Virus record (IMG/VR): IMGVR_UViG_3300035228_002167
Location: 1 to 30,295 of that record
DNA: 30,295 nt
Reading direction: 5' to 3' (one strand)
DNA from: a virus
Taxonomy: Duplodnaviria; Caudoviricetes
Shown here: piece by piece, positions 27,735-30,295 of the stretch
Layout: each line of letters opens with the position of its first letter
How positions within the stretch are numbered: position 1 is the first letter of the stretch
Translations under genes and position numbers: made by a program
The notes under the pieces: model-generated
Seen by the model: the letters and a program-made list of their open reading frames with translations, nothing else
Database searches by the model: none
Told to the model about the DNA's origin: nothing

Positions 27735-29663
27735 TTACTCTCTGATTAAACTTCCGTTAGAATAGCTTGATGTGTAGAAATCTCTACTAAAGACAGTGCC
27801 AGATATTTCATCCCCAGAGGAAATAACATCTTTAATCATATTTATTTTAGTTTTTGAGAGATCAAAATTCAAATAAAGATCTCTTAAACCAACCACATCA
27901 TTAGACTCTGGAAAAGCTTGTATTTCTATAACATTATTAGGTTTTACAGTTGATACTATATTTACTGTTCCAAGATTTATTTCACCTTTTACATAATCAA
28001 CAGTTCCTGAAGATTTGGCAACAACTCTTATAGTTCCATCTGGTAAGTTTTTAACAATCGATATAATTCCAGTTTTTTTATCTGCATTTGGAATATCAGT
28101 TAGAAAGACAATATCACTTTCTCCTGCAATTCTAAATCCCGTAGATTTAATATTCTTACCATCTTCAGAAACATGAAATTGATTTCCGAAACATAATTCA
28201 TATTGTGCAAATTGATTCAGTAAAGCAAATAGATTTCTTCTTATTTTTACTCTTGTGATATTAGATGTAATTGATGTATCGGTATCATCAATTGTTCTAA
28301 GAATTTTACTATATCTAAATCTACCTCCAAACTTGTTCAGATCTGTAGATTTTGAATAATTTGTGAGTGAATTTGATATTTTTGTTCTTAAATCATTTGC
28401 TGCCGATACCATAGAATCATTATAATAAACAAATGAATCCAGTTCAACATATAAAAGTTTTAAGTCTACAATTTTTTGATTAATACCAGAGATTGAATAT
28501 TGCTTTAGTTGTGATAAAATTCTTGTTTTATTGAAATCAGATACTAAAAAACCATTTTTTGGTTTAATTGAAATTTGTACTGTTCCAAATTCTGGAGGAT
28601 CTAATTCTTCACCACCAACAACAGATACGGAATCTGTGTCAGAATATATTGTTTTTATAATTGATTCATAATCTCTTCCAGTAACTGCTCTGTTCTGTGA
28701 AGAATATATTCTTGGAGCAAAATACTTAATAGAATCTACCGATTCTATATCTCCACCATTACTAGACTTTTGTGATGTAGTAACTGAAAATGGTTGTGGA
28801 GCAACAGCATTCCCATTGCTGTCAACTACTCTTCCCGAGAATGAAAATCTAGAAGCATCATTCCCATCTTTTCCATCAGTAACAAGATAGTCTACAGTGA
28901 TAATTTCACCACTTTCTAATTTTCTTCCTATTAATCCATCACCAAACAATAATTCATATTTTTCATCTTGCACTTCTTGAAGTAAAAATATATAAGATGA
29001 TCCAGTAACATTTGTAATATTATCAATCAATTTATATTGTAAACCTAATCCAGAATCACCTTCTTTTTTTACATATACTTTGATAGTAGATGTGTCTACA
29101 AAAGAATTATTGATTACGAACCTTTGATCCAATGAAGAATCTACTACAAATTGTTTTGTAAGAAATATTCCCTGTGATATCTCAACATTATCAAAAGTAG
29201 CCGTTCTTTTATTTACGGGTGTTCCATCACTATTGAAATCAGTTATACTTGCAGTTTTTTGTATATCTTCTAATATTGAAAATGTGTAGGAAGTATCACT
29301 AGAACTTCCTACACAAACTAATCCTTTCTTTAATACTAATGTGGGAGATTCAGTCCCCTCAACATCGACTACAAAACTCACAGATGCCTTTGCAGCAGTC
29401 CTAGACCGAGGAACATACCCAATGTTCCTTGCAAGAGATACAACGTTCTCACGGAGGGTTGCAGAGTCCAAGAAGGACTCATTCACAACCATGTTTGAAT
29501 TGAATGCAGTTATATATGTGTTATATGCGAGAGTATCAATCAATACAGAAAAGTTTGAACCTTCAAAGTCAAATCCTGAAAAATCAGAATTTGCACGAAG
29601 ATAACTTTTAATTGATTCTTTTATCTGATCGAAATCAAGATCTGTAAATTTTGTAAAAGGCAT
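27735..29663 (-). CDS. gp6: Baseplate wedge subunit gp6
   Basis: LDFDQIK.SIK.YL, FDFEGSN.SVLID.LAYNT, NESFLDSATLRENVVSLARNIGY.PRS, FGDG..G..L, APR.YSSQNRAVT..DY; 642 aa, similar in size to T4 gp6. Confidence 0.96.
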   Translation of the reverse strand: MPFTKFTDLDFDQIKESIKSYLRANSDFSGFDFEGSNFSVLIDTLAYNTYITAFNSNMVVNESFLDSATLRENVVSLARNIGYVPRSRTAAKASVSFVVDVEGTESPTLVLKKGLVCVGSSSDTSYTFSILEDIQKTASITDFNSDGTPVNKRTATFDNVEISQGIFLTKQFVVDSSLDQRFVINNSFVDTSTIKVYVKKEGDSGLGLQYKLIDNITNVTGSSYIFLLQEVQDEKYELLFGDGLIGRKLESGEIITVDYLVTDGKDGNDASRFSFSGRVVDSNGNAVAPQPFSVTTSQKSSNGGDIESVDSIKYFAPRIYSSQNRAVTGRDYESIIKTIYSDTDSVSVVGGEELDPPEFGTVQISIKPKNGFLVSDFNKTRILSQLKQYSISGINQKIVDLKLLYVELDSFVYYNDSMVSAANDLRTKISNSLTNYSKSTDLNKFGGRFRYSKILRTIDDTDTSITSNITRVKIRRNLFALLNQFAQYELCFGNQFHVSEDGKNIKSTGFRIAGESDIVFLTDIPNADKKTGIISIVKNLPDGTIRVVAKSSGTVDYVKGEINLGTVNIVSTVKPNNVIEIQAFPESNDVVGLRDLYLNFDLSKTKINMIKDVISSGDEISGTVFSRDFYTSSYSNGSLIRE

Positions 29664-29664
29664 A

Positions 29665-30066
29665 TTACCTGGTTGCCTCTAATAGAAACGAATATTCTTG
29701 TGTCGGAAACTCTTGCCCAATAATATCAAAATTGACAGAAACCTCAAATTCATTAAGATCTGGGTATGGTCTGACTGATACTTGTAAATTATCAACTCTT
29801 GGTTCGAAGTTTTGTATAGAAATCATAATTTGATCTTGAATTACAGATGCAGTACCAAAATCAACAAAATCAAATAAACTTCCCCGTATATCAGTTCCGA
29901 ATAGTGAGTTGAAAAACTTTTCGGTAGGTATTGTCTGTACAATATTTCTTACCGATCTACGAATTGCTGCCTCATTTTTGAGAACAGGTAGATCTTTTGT
30001 AATAGGATGTGGATTAAAGGACAAACTAATGTCCTTAAATGCTCTAGATATCCTCCGAATGGCCAT
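29665..30066 (-). CDS. gp25: Baseplate wedge subunit gp25
   Basis: FKDISLSF..HPIT.DL..LKNE.AIRRSVRNIV.T...EKFF...FG, I.NFEPRV motifs; 133 aa. Confidence 0.95.
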   Translation of the reverse strand: MAIRRISRAFKDISLSFNPHPITKDLPVLKNEAAIRRSVRNIVQTIPTEKFFNSLFGTDIRGSLFDFVDFGTASVIQDQIMISIQNFEPRVDNLQVSVRPYPDLNEFEVSVNFDIIGQEFPTQEYSFLLEATR

Positions 30067-30088
30067 TGTTAAAGAGTTTTCTTAATTT

Positions 30089-30096
30089 TATTTATA
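30089..30096 (-). promoter_or_regulatory. T4-type late promoter TATAAATA upstream of gp25
   Basis: tatttata on the + strand, 22 nt upstream of the ATG at 30066 and just after the stop of the preceding small ORF. Confidence 0.85.
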
Positions 30097-30098
30097 CT

Positions 30099-30275
30099 CT
30101 ATTCCTGAAGATTGTTCTGACCTGCCTTTAAATCGTCGTGCATGATCTCTTGAAGCACTCTTTCTTCAGGATCATTCGTTTTTTTGGGTAATGACCAGTA
30201 ATCTGTGGTCAAACTTGTTGTTCCCCACACTTCTTGCATATAATTTTTGTTTCTATCTACTGGTGAATTGCCCAT
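30099..30275 (-). CDS. Small hypothetical protein (58 aa), below the ORF-track cutoff
   Basis: Hand translation: MGNSPVDRNKNYMQEVWGTTSLTTDYWSLPKKTNDPEERVLQEIMHDDLKAGQNNLQE-stop. AGGAG lies 4 nt upstream of the ATG, and the ORF fills the gap on the coding strand. Confidence 0.8.
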   Translation of the reverse strand: MGNSPVDRNKNYMQEVWGTTSLTTDYWSLPKKTNDPEERVLQEIMHDDLKAGQNNLQE

Positions 30276-30279
30276 TTTA

Positions 30280-30284
30280 CTCCT
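30280..30284 (-). promoter_or_regulatory. Shine-Dalgarno AGGAG for the 58-aa ORF
   Basis: The minus strand reads aaaatAGGAGtaaaATG. Confidence 0.65.
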
Positions 30285-30295
30285 ATTTTGTTAGA

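Noticed and set aside
3285-29604. Numerous short plus-strand and alternate-frame ORFs nested in the large structural genes
   Set aside because: They are expected by-products of codon bias, fully overlap well-supported genes, and have no recognisable motifs.

Overview
This is an AT-rich, densely coding segment of a T4-like myovirus genome. Gene order and motifs best fit a marine T4-like cyanophage-type (Kyanoviridae-like) virus, though the host cannot be proven from this window. All real genes are on the minus strand and form a late morphogenesis cluster. In transcription order they are: a 58-aa hypothetical, baseplate gp25, gp6, a giant 3985-aa gp7-like wedge protein, gp8, a 2469-aa DUF4815/VrlC-like virion protein, 64-aa and 111-aa small proteins, a 421-aa repeat fibre-like protein, neck gp13 and gp14, gp15, and terminase small subunit gp16. 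After gp16 comes a >=456-aa ORF (1369 to <1) that the ORF track missed because it runs off the window edge. Three perfect T4 late promoters (TATAAATA) and one CTAAATA variant lie just upstream of gene starts. The most unusual element is the missed ORF. It is a string of short, basic modules, most carrying a Cys pair, plus a canonical EF-hand-like loop, separated by (V/I/L)-x-E sites. This looks like a prohead-protease-processed polyprotein of capsid-internal mini-proteins (inference, not demonstrated). No RNA genes, CRISPR arrays, introns, inteins or mobile elements were recognised.
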